Source: Guillardia theta CCMP2712 | Taxonomy: Eukaryota > Protista > Cryptophyta | Assembly: GCF_000315625.1 (NCBI RefSeq) | Contig: NW_005434604.1 | Span: forward strand, 366,791-430,790 | Length of the DNA: 64,000 nucleotides | Direction of reading: 5' to 3' | In this document: one piece after another, positions 13,301 to 26,500 of the stretch | Layout of the letters: each line of letters starts with the position of its first letter | Position numbering within the stretch: the stretch's first letter is position 1 | Notes under the pieces: generated by a model | The model's database searches: none | Seen by the model: only the letters and a program-made list of their open reading frames with translations | What the model was told of the DNA's origin: nothing | Translations under genes and position numbers: made by a program

Positions 13301-15690
13301 GAACTTGTTCTTTGTGTGCGCGTTCAATCTTTGCCTGCACTTTGCCTACACTCCATATGTAAACATCTCCATTTTCAACACCTGTAACAACATTTCCTTT
13401 CGGTGTAAAACATATGCATCTTTGATTGAGAGGGTCTGCGATGTCACCGAACAATCCAGTAGCCATTTCAAGTTCGACATCGCCTAATTCCCACATTTTC
13501 ATGTGTTTCTCTCCACAAGAGGCGAATGCAGCCATGCTGTACTCATTGAACTTGCAAATGTCAACTTTCCCGCCATGAGCCTGTCCTTCACGGATCTTCA
13601 TGGGGCCATTCTTATTTTTCCAATCAAAGACAGTGATATGATGCTCAAAATCGTTTGCCATTGCAACAAGGTAATTGCCTTTGCTGTTAAAACTCAAAGA
13701 CACTACTTCAATTCGCTTTGGGCCCAACGACATAGTAGCCAAGATCTGATCTTTGAATTCATGTCGTCCATCATATGGAGTTACCCTCCATACAATTATC
13801 CTTGGATTTCTCCCTTTCTGACCGCTGGCAACGATGCATCGATTAGGCAGGTCCCAATCCCTCCAATCGATGACACCTCCTGAATCAAATGCAAGTCATA
13901 CCTCCTATAGATAGAGTAGGTCACATTTCAATGATACCTTCAAACATTTGAGGGAATTCTTCAGTTGAAACTGAACAGTTGAAAATAAGTGCAAGTTTTT
14001 AGATCAATCGCCTCGTTTACCTGGCAAGGTACGGTCCGTAGGCTTCCATTTCTTGGGTCCTGGGGTATAAACTCCCTTGGTATAAGCGAAAAACATTTCC
14101 CATTGCTCAGCTGTGAGGGGGTTTGTAGGCTTTTCCATCTGTTGAAGCATGTCAATCAGGATTTGTGGAGGCAAAAATAGACCTCTGCCCAACTTGCGTC
14201 TGGCTTTTGATATACTCGTTTGAGAACTGCAATCGAAGAAACGCTGTTGGTGTGATGCAAAAATCGTTGAACATTGTTTTTGACATCGAAGACTATCACT
14301 GTAGCAGCAGCGAAATAGACGATTTCTCCTGTATGGACCATGCAACCACGATCTGAGCATGGAAAGACAATACAATCAGTTCAATAAAACTTCGAAGCAA
14401 ACTGATTGTGAGCAACCTGAATCATATGCCTGTAAAAAATGCAGGTTCTCCAAACCAGGGCCCTCTCCAAACAACTCCTGATCCCAACAGCTTGCACCTG
14501 TCAAAAGCCCGTTCAAAAAAGTCAGACAAAGCAATCATGAAATCACCTTGGTATCCATAAACAAAATCAAGAGAAAGATGGCTAGAAGGCTCCCTTTGCC
14601 ACTGTTTATGGGTGTCATCCAACCCTGTGGAGAGGATCAGTCAGTTTGCATCAACATGATTGGTACAATAGAATTACCCTGAAATTGCACAGGTGCCATC
14701 ACGGATGTGACACAAGGATTGTACTTCTCAAGTCCTCCTTGAGAAGCATTTTCCCATGGGTCTATCTGGTCTATCCTACTGTATCCTATGGATCCCTTGA
14801 ATGCCATCAATACAAATGACTGAAGAGGAGGTAGTGAACCTGGACTGGAAACGGTTCGTTTGCAGAGTCTTGATCGCCTAGTCCGAGCATTGTTTTCGTA
14901 AGACCGGTTTCAGTATGCTCCACAGGTCTGAAGCGAGGGACAATGGTCCTCTCATACTGATCTCTGATAGCATCTTGCTTCTTCTTTTCTTGTACCTTCG
15001 TAGGAAGAAAGCGAGTAAGTCTATGTGAATCTTAGGCACGTATGTTACTTGCTGTTGGAGAGCAGCTTTGAAGGCTGAAACATATCTGGACTGTTTAACG
15101 TTTCCTTCAACCTGGATTATGTAAATCAGTAATGACTTGAATCATAGTCTCCAAGTGAATTGACCTTCTTCCGGAAGTCGTTCAACATGAAAACTGGCTT
15201 TCCGTTGACCTTGACAGCGAACGTCGACCCAGTGACATAATCGTAATTGATTGGTCGATGCTTTGCAGAGGCTGCTGGAGCTCTACTGGCTGCAGTCACA
15301 AGTTACTTGTGAGGATATGCTTTCGTTGCGACTTTGCGAAACCGACCTGGCGCAGAAAATGGTCGAGAAGACATAGGTTTTGAAAGCGGTCTTTGGAAAG
15401 TTGGGGTTTGTCTTCGAGTAGAGTCTGCCCTCGTCATTGTAGGTGGCCGCTCCATCGTTGAGCACAATCGTTTCCCTAGCACAAAATGTCACAACTGGGA
15501 CCCTCAATCTCTTATGCGTTGTCCTTGTTTCCAGGCTAGATTCATAATCAACTTCCCAGTAGCCTATCAGCATGACATTCTTCTCCTTCCCTTCTCGGCC
15601 GTAAGCGTTTCATCTCATGTTCCCTCCCCTCCCGTCAAGGTCGTACGCTGCTTCACTGCTCTCCAGCGGCTCATAACTGGGAGCATGGTG
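10354..15690 (-). CDS. EML-family (echinoderm microtubule-associated protein-like) HELP + WD40 protein; multi-exon; start approximate
   Basis: HELP motif PSSHLSLDFVYGYQG (~14550-14590), GEIVYFAAATVIVFD, and WD40 repeats. The EML C-terminal signature TGDDDGKVKLFRWP...YYGHGSFVSQVRFSYDDDYLISAGGTDMSIFQW is in ORF 10354-13188. Confidence 0.9.
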
Positions 15691-16064
15691 CACAGCGGAC
15701 CGAGCACCCCGGCTATGAATTCACCCACTAGTATGGACCCCCTACCACCTACCCAGGCATTGCTCTTCGAAAGGGTTGGTCCCAATACTTCAACTACCCC
15801 ACCTCCTGGTCGTATCAAAAGCAAATCTTTCCAAAGGGAGTCCCAATTTGAAGCTTTTTCAGAGTGGCTTTGAATATGTGTGTCTTAGTTTTGAAAGTTG
15901 CATTAAGCGGTGTAATATCAGGATTCTGTACCCAAACATTTGATTTGGGTAGGTCCAATGCATTAGTAACGCAAATGTAACCGTCCAAATTTCAGTTTCG
16001 GTTGCTCAGGAGGTTTTTGTCACGGTTGTTAACTTTGAGTAAAGGTTACTACTACTCCCGCCCC

Positions 16065-16445
16065 CGGGCCAGGCCGCCGCCCACAGTGCCAGACGGTGGT
16101 GGACTCGGACTGCGGGCCCGGGACTCGGACTCGGCCGTCGGACCGCAGTGCGGCGGCACTGGGCCGCGCCGGTACCGTGCCACGACGGTGCGGCCCCAGG
16201 CCGCCTGGCACAGTGTCACGGCTAAGTCACAGCCTGTGCCGCGGCACGCGTTACTGCGGCCCCGGCCCCCGGCACTCCGAGCCGCCGTGCCCGCCGCGCC
16301 GTGGGCTTCTGGCGACCGTGCGGCCACGGTGACCCGTAGCCCTCCCGGCCGGGCGGGCCGCCGCGGGCTATCATCATCATGGCATAGTAGGCCGCCGCGA
16401 TCGCGGCCCGGCGGCCCCCGGCCGGGCCACCGCACTATTGCATGA
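16065..16445. promoter_or_regulatory. Extremely GC/CpG-rich, CCGG-palindrome-rich patch between divergent genes
   Basis: Abrupt composition shift with dense CCGG/GGCC/CCGCGG, between the EML (-) and methyltransferase (+) starts. Confidence 0.4.
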
Positions 16446-16636
16446 CGGTTATTCAACAGTTATTGTAAGGCTTGCGACCTGACGCTGCATGACGGTTTAT
16501 GCTACAGTCAAGAGCAGGTGTGTTGTGACCTGTCCCTGGTCTCAGCCACGTTGAAGCCCTGGTGCTCTCTTCTATCGTGATCTGATAGATCTAGTACCTT
16601 GCTATTGCCTTCTCTTCTTTATACAACAAAGTAGAC

Positions 16637-17454
16637 ATGTCCTTCTATGCCAAGATGAACAGCTTTCTTCGCAGATTCCCCAGGCCTCCCTTCGCTGAGC
16701 AGAGGTTTTGGGACAAAACTTATGATAAAGCACCAGGAGGTATTGAATGGGGAATTGAACCAGGGGAAATGCTGAAATATTCCTGGACACTGTGCCAAAA
16801 AACAAAACGAAACTGATGACTGGAACCCTCACGGAAATTTGTCCCAAGACAAGTAAAGTGCTGGATCTGGGTTGTGGTAGCTCCATGCTGTCGTTCTTTC
16901 TAGCACATGAAGGTTGGAGGTGAGATTTGCCTTATGAATCCGACTCTACGGTCTAACAATCGAGAAAAACAGTGACATTACCGCGGTGGATTTATCGCCA
17001 ATTGCCATTAGTCAATGCAAACAGAGGGCAGGCCTCATGGGGATTGAGAACATTGACTTCGTTGTCGCAGACTGTCGCAGGTTTTGAACTAGTCTTCTAG
17101 TCCTACGTTAATGATTGACGGCTTACTAGGCTTCACCAAAATTTTCCACCACATTCGTTTGATCGAATATTGGACAAGGGTTTGATCGATGCTTTGTATT
17201 GCAGCGGCGATCCAGACCATTCCATGCAACAAGTTTTCAGGGAGACGCATAGGGCTTTGAAACCAGGGGGAAAGATGTTGAGTGTTCAGGTTGAGCCACT
17301 CTTTGGAATCCTCCATGGTCTGAGGTATACATACATCACCGAAGTCTCTTTCAAAGAAAGGTGGGATGTTGAATGCAGGAGGGTAATGCCCATGAGTTCA
17401 GGCGCGTATTTCTATATTTTTACAAAGCAGACTGACAGGAAATGTATGAAATAA
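16637..17454 (+). CDS. Class I SAM-dependent methyltransferase (METTL13-N/EEF1AKMT4-like); spliced; frame break near 16800
   Basis: FWDKTY...IEW; KVLDLGCGSS; ITAVDLSPIAI; FVVADCR; SFDRILDKGLIDAL; ALKPGG. Confidence 0.85.
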
Positions 17455-18123
17455 ATGAAGCAGAGCCAATCGAGAGGAGTCAGCCATTTTTTTCACACAG
17501 TATTACCAGAACGATACGATAAAACCATCTAAAGCAAACCTGTTCGCCTACAGCGTTTTGATAGATAGATTTGCAAAACATTCTTGCACTATCCCTGTTT
17601 CTCAACTTGTACAGAAGGTGAGGGTTGAGAGAAAATGGTGGGCGTGGGAGTGTGAGGATCAAAGCCGATCATATTTGCGGGGGCTAGGGATATTTTAGGA
17701 TGAAATCAACAGAGCATTAAGTATAATTTGATTGAGTTTCAGTGGTGTGTTGCAAAAAAAGGAATGCAAAGAATATCAGGAGATTCGGTAGAACACTTAA
17801 GGGTTGTGAAGATCAGATCGCATTCGTGAAAGGGAAGAAATGGATGGAGAACAAGCAAAGTTTGAGTCGACGGCCACAATAACATTGGGGATCATGATAA
17901 ATGTAACGATATTGTTAAAATCGACAGTTTGCTTCGATAACATCGTTTTGCTGCATGTACAGAAATGACAACAGAAGACGAAAATATGTTGAAGACAACA
18001 GGAAAGGGACAGTCGAACGCAATTGAAACAAACAGCGCAATGAAAGAGCATGCGAGATCATAAGCTTGTCAGGGACGAGGATGAGGATTGTGGAGAATGG
18101 ACCAATGGGGAAATAGAGGTCCT

Positions 18124-18196
18124 GATGGATGGATGGATGGATGGATGGATGGATGGAGGGAGGGAGGGAGGGAGGGAGGGAGGGAGGGAGGGAGGG
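18124..18196. repeat. Compound microsatellite (GATG)n(GAGG)n
   Basis: Direct reading. Confidence 0.95.
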
Positions 18197-18290
18197 ATGA
18201 AGGTGAAGGAAGGGCACCATACCATGCAAGCCTTGGAGGTTTTGGCACAAGAGGGGGGTCATAGCGCCATAGGAACGATGTGCTAAATAA

Positions 18291-18373
18291 GCAGAGGTGG
18301 CCGAGTTGGTCTAAGGCGTCGGTTTAAGGCACCGATCTCTTCGGAGGCGCGGGTTCGAATCCCGTCCTCTGCA
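18291..18373 (+). tRNA. trnL-AAG: tRNA-Leu (anticodon AAG)
   Basis: GCAGAGG/CCTCTGC acceptor stem, A box TGGCCGAGTTGG, anticodon arm TCGGT-TTAAGGC-ACCGA, long variable arm, GTTCGAATCC T-loop, T-run downstream. Confidence 0.97.
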
Positions 18374-18573
18374 TTTTGCTCTCTGGAGGCTTTTTTTTTT
18401 TCACCTACCCCCAGCCCCACCCCCACCTTCACCGCTTCCGATTTTTTAAATTTAGTATGGCGGCAGATTTTTTTACCAAAAATTCCCCTGTAAATTTCAA
18501 AATTAAAAGAAACAAAAAGTAATTTCTCCAAAATTTCCTGATAAAACCAGTACTCACCTTGCACGAGCAATAA

Positions 18574-18656
18574 GCAGAGGTGGCCGAGTTGGTCTAAGGC
18601 GTCGGTTTAAGGCACCGATCTCTTCGGAGGCGCGGGTTCGAATCCCGTCCTCTGCA
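18574..18656 (+). tRNA. trnL-AAG: tRNA-Leu (anticodon AAG), identical second copy
   Basis: 83-nt sequence identical to 18291-18373. Confidence 0.97.
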
Positions 18657-18721
18657 ATCCTTTTATATGTTGAGCAGTCACACAAGGTTTTCAAAATCAT
18701 GGCTTTTTACCTCCTCTGGTC

Positions 18722-19720
18722 ATGACGATCAAGATCGTGCAAGTGGATTCTGCGTGCAGCGCGAAGAACACGATGCTTGACATCTTGAGGATGAAAAGGG
18801 TTTTTACATACGAAGAACGAAGCGAGGAAAGCAGGAACGCTGAGATGGAATCGGAGAACGATTAGCCAAGACCGGTCAAGCAGAAGAAGGAATAATATTA
18901 TAATGTAAGGACGAGGGTTGGTCAAAATTCTTCAAGTCATTGCAGTACAAGGAAGATCAGGTCGATAAACATTCGAATGACGATGAGAAGTGCATGATAG
19001 ATGTTTCAAAGGAATTCCCTACTGGACCTCTTATTATTGAATCTTTTGATTTAGCTGTTGCAATCATCGTTGGATAAGGAGAGGATGAAGCTGAAGCGGA
19101 GACTGGAGAAACCAGTGGTGAAAAAGGCTCGGCATCAACCCCTGTCAAGGATGATGACAATGTAAAGCTAAAGTCTGTACCCAAGTGCCATAAGATCGAT
19201 GCTTTTTAAAGAATCTTTGCAATCCATTTGGAATGTTTCATGATTAACACCGCCATGGATAGGCATGAGCATATCAATACAATGCCCCTATGATACCCTG
19301 CAATACCTCGTGGTGTGGCTTGTTTAGGTGTAATTCCTTGCAATAAAGAATGAATGATAGGATTGTTGCAACCTCAATCTTCTTCTTATGCATGCACGAA
19401 CTTATGATGCTTATGACCGCAAGACCCTTTGTCAATGGAAAGAAGATGAAGAAGAATAGGTCATCCGGTGCGTTATTGACGATGTTGAATACGTTCTCCT
19501 TGGATGTCAATGTGACGACAAACAGTGCAATGCTGATTGCAAAGGGCGATCCCTTGTAGAGTGTGATTCTATTCCTATTCACCTCAGTCCTTGGTTGCTG
19601 GATCAGGAGCACAAAAAACGGGCCAAGTATAATGTCAACCCTTGGAGTGGATGTCTTTTTACAGAATACCACTGAGTCTAGTAGTGAGTCGTCAACGATT
19701 TATCCGATTTGGTAGACCTG
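18722..19720 (+). pseudogene. Decayed intronless ORF of unknown family
   Basis: Protein-like text (MTIKIVQVDSAC..., KDEGWSKFFKSLQYKEDQVD..., RIVATSIFFLCMHELMML...) broken by scattered in-frame stops and frameshifts. Confidence 0.45.
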
Positions 19721-20010
19721 TTCTCTATGTTATCTTCCAGATCCCCAAGGTCAATCTGATTGTCGTAACTCTTTGAATGATGGACAGTGCTTGGGATGTC
19801 ATAGTTTGGATCTATGTCCTTGCCGGTCATCTTCATCATTTCATATCTCATGGTGGCAAAGAAGATAAAATAGGCATGGAACATGAGCAGGTTGATGGAT
19901 GATGTTGTGACGTGCTGTGATACCGTGGTGTGTGGTGATTCATGGCTCTCCACAGACATGAGCAACGATATGGTGAGTATGAACGACCTGGTCAAGAAAT
20001 CCAGCATCAT
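19678..20010 (-). CDS. Small hypothetical protein with two hydrophobic segments (possibly pseudogene)
   Basis: 110-aa intronless ORF. Confidence 0.3.
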   Translation of the reverse strand: MMLDFLTRSFILTISLLMSVESHESPHTTVSQHVTTSSINLLMFHAYFIFFATMRYEMMKMTGKDIDPNYDIPSTVHHSKSYDNQIDLGDLEDNIENRSTKSDKSLTTHY

Positions 20011-20107
20011 CTTTCTTTCAATGGGTTTTCTCGTGTATTGTTGCTCTGACGTGCTGATATGGGTATGAAGAGTAAATCACATAGCCGTTCACTACAACAA
20101 ATAGAAA

Positions 20108-21176
20108 TGCAACGCCCCAAAAATACAAATGGGGTATTGTTTTATAATCCTGACATGACAGAAGATCTAGAATCAATTTCTACACTGAGGAGGATCAATC
20201 GGAGCTTCGAGCTCTACCCGCTCAGTGAGGATGAGGAAGAGACATGTATCATGATGTGGCGGCAGAGCCAGCCTTCCAGCCTCTGATCATGCCAACACAC
20301 AGGATCGATGAGCATGGCGAGCTCCAGGGGTTTCGCTTCATCACGAATGCTGCAGACAGTGGAGCCGTTCTCCCCATGCACAGGAACATGTTCTTTGGCG
20401 TTACAATGACTGAATGCATGACGAATGACATCCTTCCACCCGATATCGATTATGACAATGATGAATCACATGACTTCGACTCCAAGACACACGATATCGA
20501 TACCTCTGAATGCTCGGAATATCACGTAGATATGCCCATGACTGATGTTGTCATTGATGAGATGGGTCGTGACATCAATTGGGATGACAACCATCGTTAC
20601 ATTGATAGCATTCATTGGAATCCAGAGCCTCCAACCAGCATTGGGATTTACCACGAATTTAATCGAAACTTCGTCAACGATGTCTTGGAGCACAAGCTTG
20701 TTGATGGCGGTCTTCGCAATGCGGTGGATGAGTTCTATAACTTTATGTTGGATGCTGCCAAGAAGGCCACTGCAAAGGACATCTGTGAGTCGGAAGAGGT
20801 CAATTGGCTTAGGAAAGCTTCACAGAGAGCAAAGTTGAAGAATATCAACATGGTTGCCGATGAGTTTGAGCTTGATATACCTACGGAGATCGATATCTAT
20901 GAACACTCACTCAAACCCGTAGAGATTGCACAGGCCGCTACAGAGACGATACACTGTGACATCATGAGATTGGATGAACACAATGTTGCGGTCTATAATT
21001 ATTTATGCAACACCTCTATTCAAGAGAATGGGATACTATGCCCCATGCATCCCTGTGAGGGCATGTGGCTCTTCAAAGGGCCAAAGCTGAATCATATAAC
21101 GTTTATCATACAAATGGCTCAACCGTTGGATCGAATTGTATCTGTGGTACTTTCCCGACCAGTTCATTCCCTGTAG
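20108..21176 (+). CDS. Intronless acidic hypothetical protein, apparent frameshift near 20245
   Basis: MQRPKNTNGVLFYNPD...EDEEE in one frame continues as the 310-aa ORF 20244-21176 in another. Confidence 0.55.
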
Positions 21177-21389
21177 TCAAATTGGAGAACGGGGTGTAGG
21201 GATTAGCAACATCGTCGTCTTAGCTTGAAAGTCGGGCAAGTACACTGAGAGTAGTGACTTCATTTCCAGAGTTTCCGAAGTTCGCCGGACGGTCCGTACG
21301 GTAGGTACGGCCACTGCCGCCCAACTGAGTGCCTCACCGTACGCAAGAACTTGTTAACTTCGGCTGTTCAGTGTAGTCACGCAGGTTGA

Positions 21390-23300
21390 TCAGCGAAGAC
21401 CTCCTCCAACCGCTGCAGCCCCTTGACCGTCATCGCGCATCTGAAACCGGATCAATCGGTTCAATATGCATCATGACATGACCCAAAGTGCACACCGGTT
21501 GCATTCCATCACGACTTCATCTTGTTTCCTATTTTTGGAGCTTCGCTTGTTTCCCTGTTCCTCGTTTTGTAACTGGATGATTGGTGCAAGTGTTCCGCCA
21601 CATTCTAAGGAATCCTCGCAGATAAATTGCATGAGATAAAGGAATCAGGGACAACATGAATAAAAGCATTCACCGGCATCCGTACACGAATATTTCGCCA
21701 AGTAAAGCAATAGAGCGTCAGCCTCCTCCGATTCAGAGCCTTCGTTCCGGCCTTCATGAACTCCAATCTCTTTTTCAATCTTGCATCGCTGGCAGTTGCA
21801 GACAAAGCCTGACTGAAAATCAACGTTTCTCGGGCTCGTTATGATCGCGACACCATATTCACTGCGAAGTCGTTTCTGACGATGGACAAGGTCTGCAGCA
21901 ATGCTGGTGTAGCTTCTGTGAACATACTCACGTTATCTAGCACAGTGTCGGATAGTATTGTAGCTCACATGGAGATTTCTGTACCAGCTTCCATTGGATA
22001 CATAGCACGCAATTGCACCCGAGAGTTGGGAAGGGGTATTGGTTCATCAATGACGAACGGGGGAAGGGAAAAGTCCTGACTTTCTTCGTCCCAGAAATCA
22101 AACCTTGCAACATTGGGCGAGCAATCATGATTGACAAAACTGATGTGCAGATCAAAGGTCTTAGGAAACCAATTCAAAATATGATCCCTCTCACCTTGCT
22201 GTAGGGTAAATAGCAGTCGCACGAAGGAGCATGTTCGCATCCGAATACATTCGGTGCCCACGAGAGAGAATTGCCATTCCGTTACTGCCTTCCCTATTCA
22301 ACAAAGATTCTATCTGTATTGGAACGTCATGCAAAAGATCAAAACTCAGATTCCGAATTGACCTCCTTCACATCAAGAGCCTTTCCCTCCAAAAGCTGGC
22401 TCAAGTAAAAATGCAATCTCTTGGAAGCTTTCTTGTTAGGGAACATTTCTTTTTTTTCCAGTTTGCAACTTCCTGTCGCGTTATCCCAGGGTGATGAAAG
22501 GTTGAGAAGCGATTTCCACTGAATAGGACAGTAGTCTTTGATCAGTACTGCCTTCATTGACCATCAGAGCCAGGAAGTTGCGACAGTTTCGACATCGATT
22601 CACCTTCAACAAGAATCGGATGTAACTAATATCTTCCTCATTTCTGTGGATCAAAACGTCATTCACGTCTCCGAGATCGATCACATATTCATATACTTTC
22701 TCAATCCCCGTACATTGGGAAGCAATTTGAGTGCATCACATTCAAATTGAGAATGGCAACTGGAAGGATGACCCTGACTTCGCGAATCCTTGGAGCATTT
22801 TTCACTGCAGAACCAAACTTGATTGCACTCTTTGCAATGATACTGGAAATCTTCACTGTGAGATATGCAAAATGAGTCTGTTCTCAAAGAGGGAGGTGAT
22901 CATACCTGCTATTATGAGGCATCCGGTAGCAAACACCACATACTCTTCTTTTCATGTTTTCCTCCATGTACACCAATGCAGGTTGTTCCTGAAGGAGAAG
23001 TTCTCCTCCAGTTACACTACGGGTGAGAAAAAGACCCTTTCCTTTTTCCGTTTGCCTCACCTCAAGAGGAAACGATCTATGCGTAATTATCAGCAATCGA
23101 CCAACTTCAGGAGGTGAAATAAAATGCTACAAAAGGTTTCGTTTCTACCAAACGAGTTGTTGTTATCATCCTTGTTTTGAGCAGCATGAAATAGCAAGAG
23201 GCTATGATTTCAGCAAACCCTCTTTCTCTTCGTCTCTGATCAGATGTCTACTTGCCCTCCTGCCTTTTACTTACCGTTCCGAGGGCGAAAATGCGGCCAT
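21390..23300 (-). CDS. SET-MYND (SMYD; plant ASHR2-like) lysine methyltransferase; multi-exon
   Basis: KGKGLFLTRSVTGGELLLQEQP; MYND Cys pattern CGVC...CKECNQVWFCSEKC...H...EC; SFVNHDCSPNVARFDF; EISM; FVCNCQRC; C-terminal YSC...CGGTLAP...MECNRC as in ASHR2. Confidence 0.9.
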
Positions 23301-23530
23301 GATCGCCGGGCTTATCAGAGCGTTATTTCTGTAACCGTGGAGTCGAGCTTGATCGGACCGGCAGCGCGCACCGGGCCGCATGCCGGAAGTCCTCAACTTA
23401 ACGGTAAACGCAACGGTCGGGGATTCTGCATGGCAAACCCGAGATGGGAAGGAGGACGAAGTTGAGGTAGATCTGAGAGCGTCGACAGGTCAATATCGAG
23501 CGTGTCCGGTAAAAAAGCGTCTGCTGCAAG

Positions 23531-26500
23531 ATGGAAGGGAACAGGGTAGCTGGTCTCCTCCCCTTGCTCGTCTCTGGGAATCAGGGCGAGAGGTCAGGAG
23601 CCACGATGGTACTCCGAGAGATGGAAACACAACCAGGTTTCAGTGCTCATCTGCTGGAGATTGGTGCACGTGGTGATGTGGGTGCTCAAGTTCGGTGGTT
23701 GGCAATGATGTATCTCAAGAATCAAGTACACCGGTTCTGGGTCAAGAGGTCCGGCATCCCCTATGAGATTGAAGCTGCAGAGAAGTCCGTTATCCGTGAA
23801 AACATCCTCCCCCTCTCGCTGGACGTCGACGACTCCATCGCAAACCAGTCTGCACTGATTGTGGCGAAGATCTCACGGTTTGACTTTCCCAAGGTCTGGC
23901 CGAACGTGCTCGAGAATATAATCTCTGCATTGCAGGCAGTTTCGAGCGAGAGTGACATGGCTGATAGTGAAGACAAGGTTCGTCGCTGCAACCGCGTCAT
24001 GCGTGTCTTGCATTACAGCATCAAGGACTTGAGTTCAAAACGATTGGTTTCCGATCGTAAGACATTCCTACAGCTCGCTCCAGCTGTGGTTGCTGCTGTG
24101 GTCCAGCTATGGTTCATTTTCCGGAGCAAGTACATATCATCCTGGTCAACTCAGAGTGTCTCTGAGGGCATCATACAGGGGCTCGTGCTCACTGTCAAGA
24201 CATTGAGAAGACTCTTAGTCTCGGGCTTCCAGAAATTGCATTGCGATGAGCAGGCTACCTCAATCGCTGTTTCTGTTTCTCAGTTCTTTCGTGACCTCGT
24301 AGCTTCTACGGGCAACACAAGCGCCTCGTCTTCTGGCACTTTGGAGAGAGTGGCGTACTTTCACGGAAAGTTTGTTCATAATGTATTAGCAGCACAGCCC
24401 TTGGCTCTAGTCTCCGAGGTAGATGGCATGTTCGTGCATTATTTCTCTCTCTGCGATATTTCAGTTTCTCCAAGAATGATCACTCCAAAGCTGCAAATTG
24501 TTCTTCTGAGATGTTTGCACGCTACAGTGTCTTCTAGCAAGTTCATTCCAAGTATGCAGGGGATTTCAAGAGCTGGAGATGACCCTGTGCTACAGCAGTT
24601 CATTGAAAATGTCAAAAAGAACCTCGTTGCAGATGGCTTGATGAAAATTATCAGAGGAATGACATGCCAATTTGTAAAAGTCAAGGCTGAAGAGGTGGAG
24701 GAGGTGCTGGAGGCGGGCGTGAACCAGCTTGATGCGTTCGAACGGGACGAGGAGGATGAGTTGGAGTCCGCTGGGATGAGTGAGTGTGGTCCGGCTGCGT
24801 ACTTTGCTCTGTCCATCATCGATGCACTGCTGTGTCGGTATGGCTCGACTGCTCTGCATGTTCTAGTCTTGTTGCAACGTGAGGCGTTGGAGACAAGCTC
24901 CCTCTTGCCGCCGCAGTCGGTAGAAGCCGATCTAGTCAGAGAAGCTTGCTACCATGTTATCGGCTCTGCTTGCGTGACCATGATCAAAGCTAAAGATTTG
25001 TTCGAGCAAGTTGTTGTGGTGGACATGGCGAAGTCGTATCTACAGAATGAGTTTGAAAGATTTTACGGACAACAAGGAGAAGCGCATCCGACACTTATCC
25101 TTGCACTTCGACGTGCTGTTTGGATGCTTGGGAAGCTAGTGCAGGCGGATGTCAGTGAGGAAGGCGGGGGCATAAAAAAGGGGAATACGCAAGTTTCTCC
25201 TCTCCACTCATCTCTTGTGCCTTTGCTCTACTCAGCGCTTGAATTTCCTTGCACTGCTGTACAGGTTGCAGCCGCGGCGAGCTTAGGTGATATGCTGCGC
25301 TGCTGTTGGCGATTAGATTGACAATCGATGTATTGCAGTGGTCGAGCCGGAAGCGTCGGATGATTGGTTTGATCGAGCTAGTCTATTGCTTCCTCAAGGA
25401 GATGTGCACTGTTTTCTTCCTGCCGTGTGTTCCACTATCCTCAAGGTTCCACTTTTCTCACTTGCCTGTTGTTCGAAAATGCTAAATCACAAAGTCATGT
25501 TTAAAGATGTTCGACGGACCTGGACCAGTGTCTTACTTACAGATGATTTAGGTTTCCTCGGCCGAAGATAGCCTGGAGGTGAAGAACGTTGCCGTAAGCA
25601 TGCTGCGAGGGCTGGCAAGTCAAATCGATCCGAAGGTGATGATAAAGATGATGCCAAAGAAGAAAAATACGGAAACGATGATGAAGATGAAGATGATGAG
25701 AAGGAGCAGGTGGAGGTGGAGAGGATCATAGCTGATGCATTGCAGAGTGATCAGGGCTCAAGTTTTTTCCATTTTCTTCTTCCTACCATCAGCTCCCTCT
25801 GGCTCATAATCGGCTCTGAAAGAAGATTACAAGTCTCTCTGGTTCGAATTGATTTCACCCATACTGTGTTGATCGGTTGACTCTGCAAGTGAAGCTTCAT
25901 GTCATCCTGGATTCTGCGAATGAAGATGTAATGTCAGCAAACCCTGACATCTTCTGTCAAATTATCGAGGCGGCTCTTGCGCAAGAGGTATGCTGACATT
26001 GTTCCTATCCATTGATGGAGTCATGAATGGTGAGTGATCGCACCAGGTGTTGAATGAGGCATCGTCTCCAGCAGGAGGAGGAAGCGTCATTCTTATGGAG
26101 ACTGCTACGGATCTCTGGTTGAAGCTGATGGTATAGCAGTGCAAAGTCTGAACTGCTTGATCGTTTACACTCGTGAACAGAGCACTGCTTCTTCTGTTGA
26201 AAAACATATTTCTCTCTTCGCTCGCATCCTCCCTGCGATCCAAGTTTCTCGTGGCCCAAGAGAGACCATCCTGAGAGTAAGTGAAGCAGGAAGAGTGTTG
26301 GAGGGTTAGTTGCACGGCGAAGATGAGAAAGAGAGGGAGGAGGCAGAGTTCTAGGACAACAAGCATAGGCATCACTAAAGTTTATGCACGAGCAGGTCAT
26401 GGAAGCTTATCTTCTACTGGGGGGTTGGAGCGATGCCAGCACGTCATGTTGGAGCTTTCCTACCTCCTTTCCACTTCTTGCAGGGAGATGAACCTTCGCG

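Noticed and set aside
16040-16066. (ACT)3 before the GC-rich patch as another element tail
   Set aside because: Lacks the ATGC-N10-GCAT/ATAAA module and telomeric flank.
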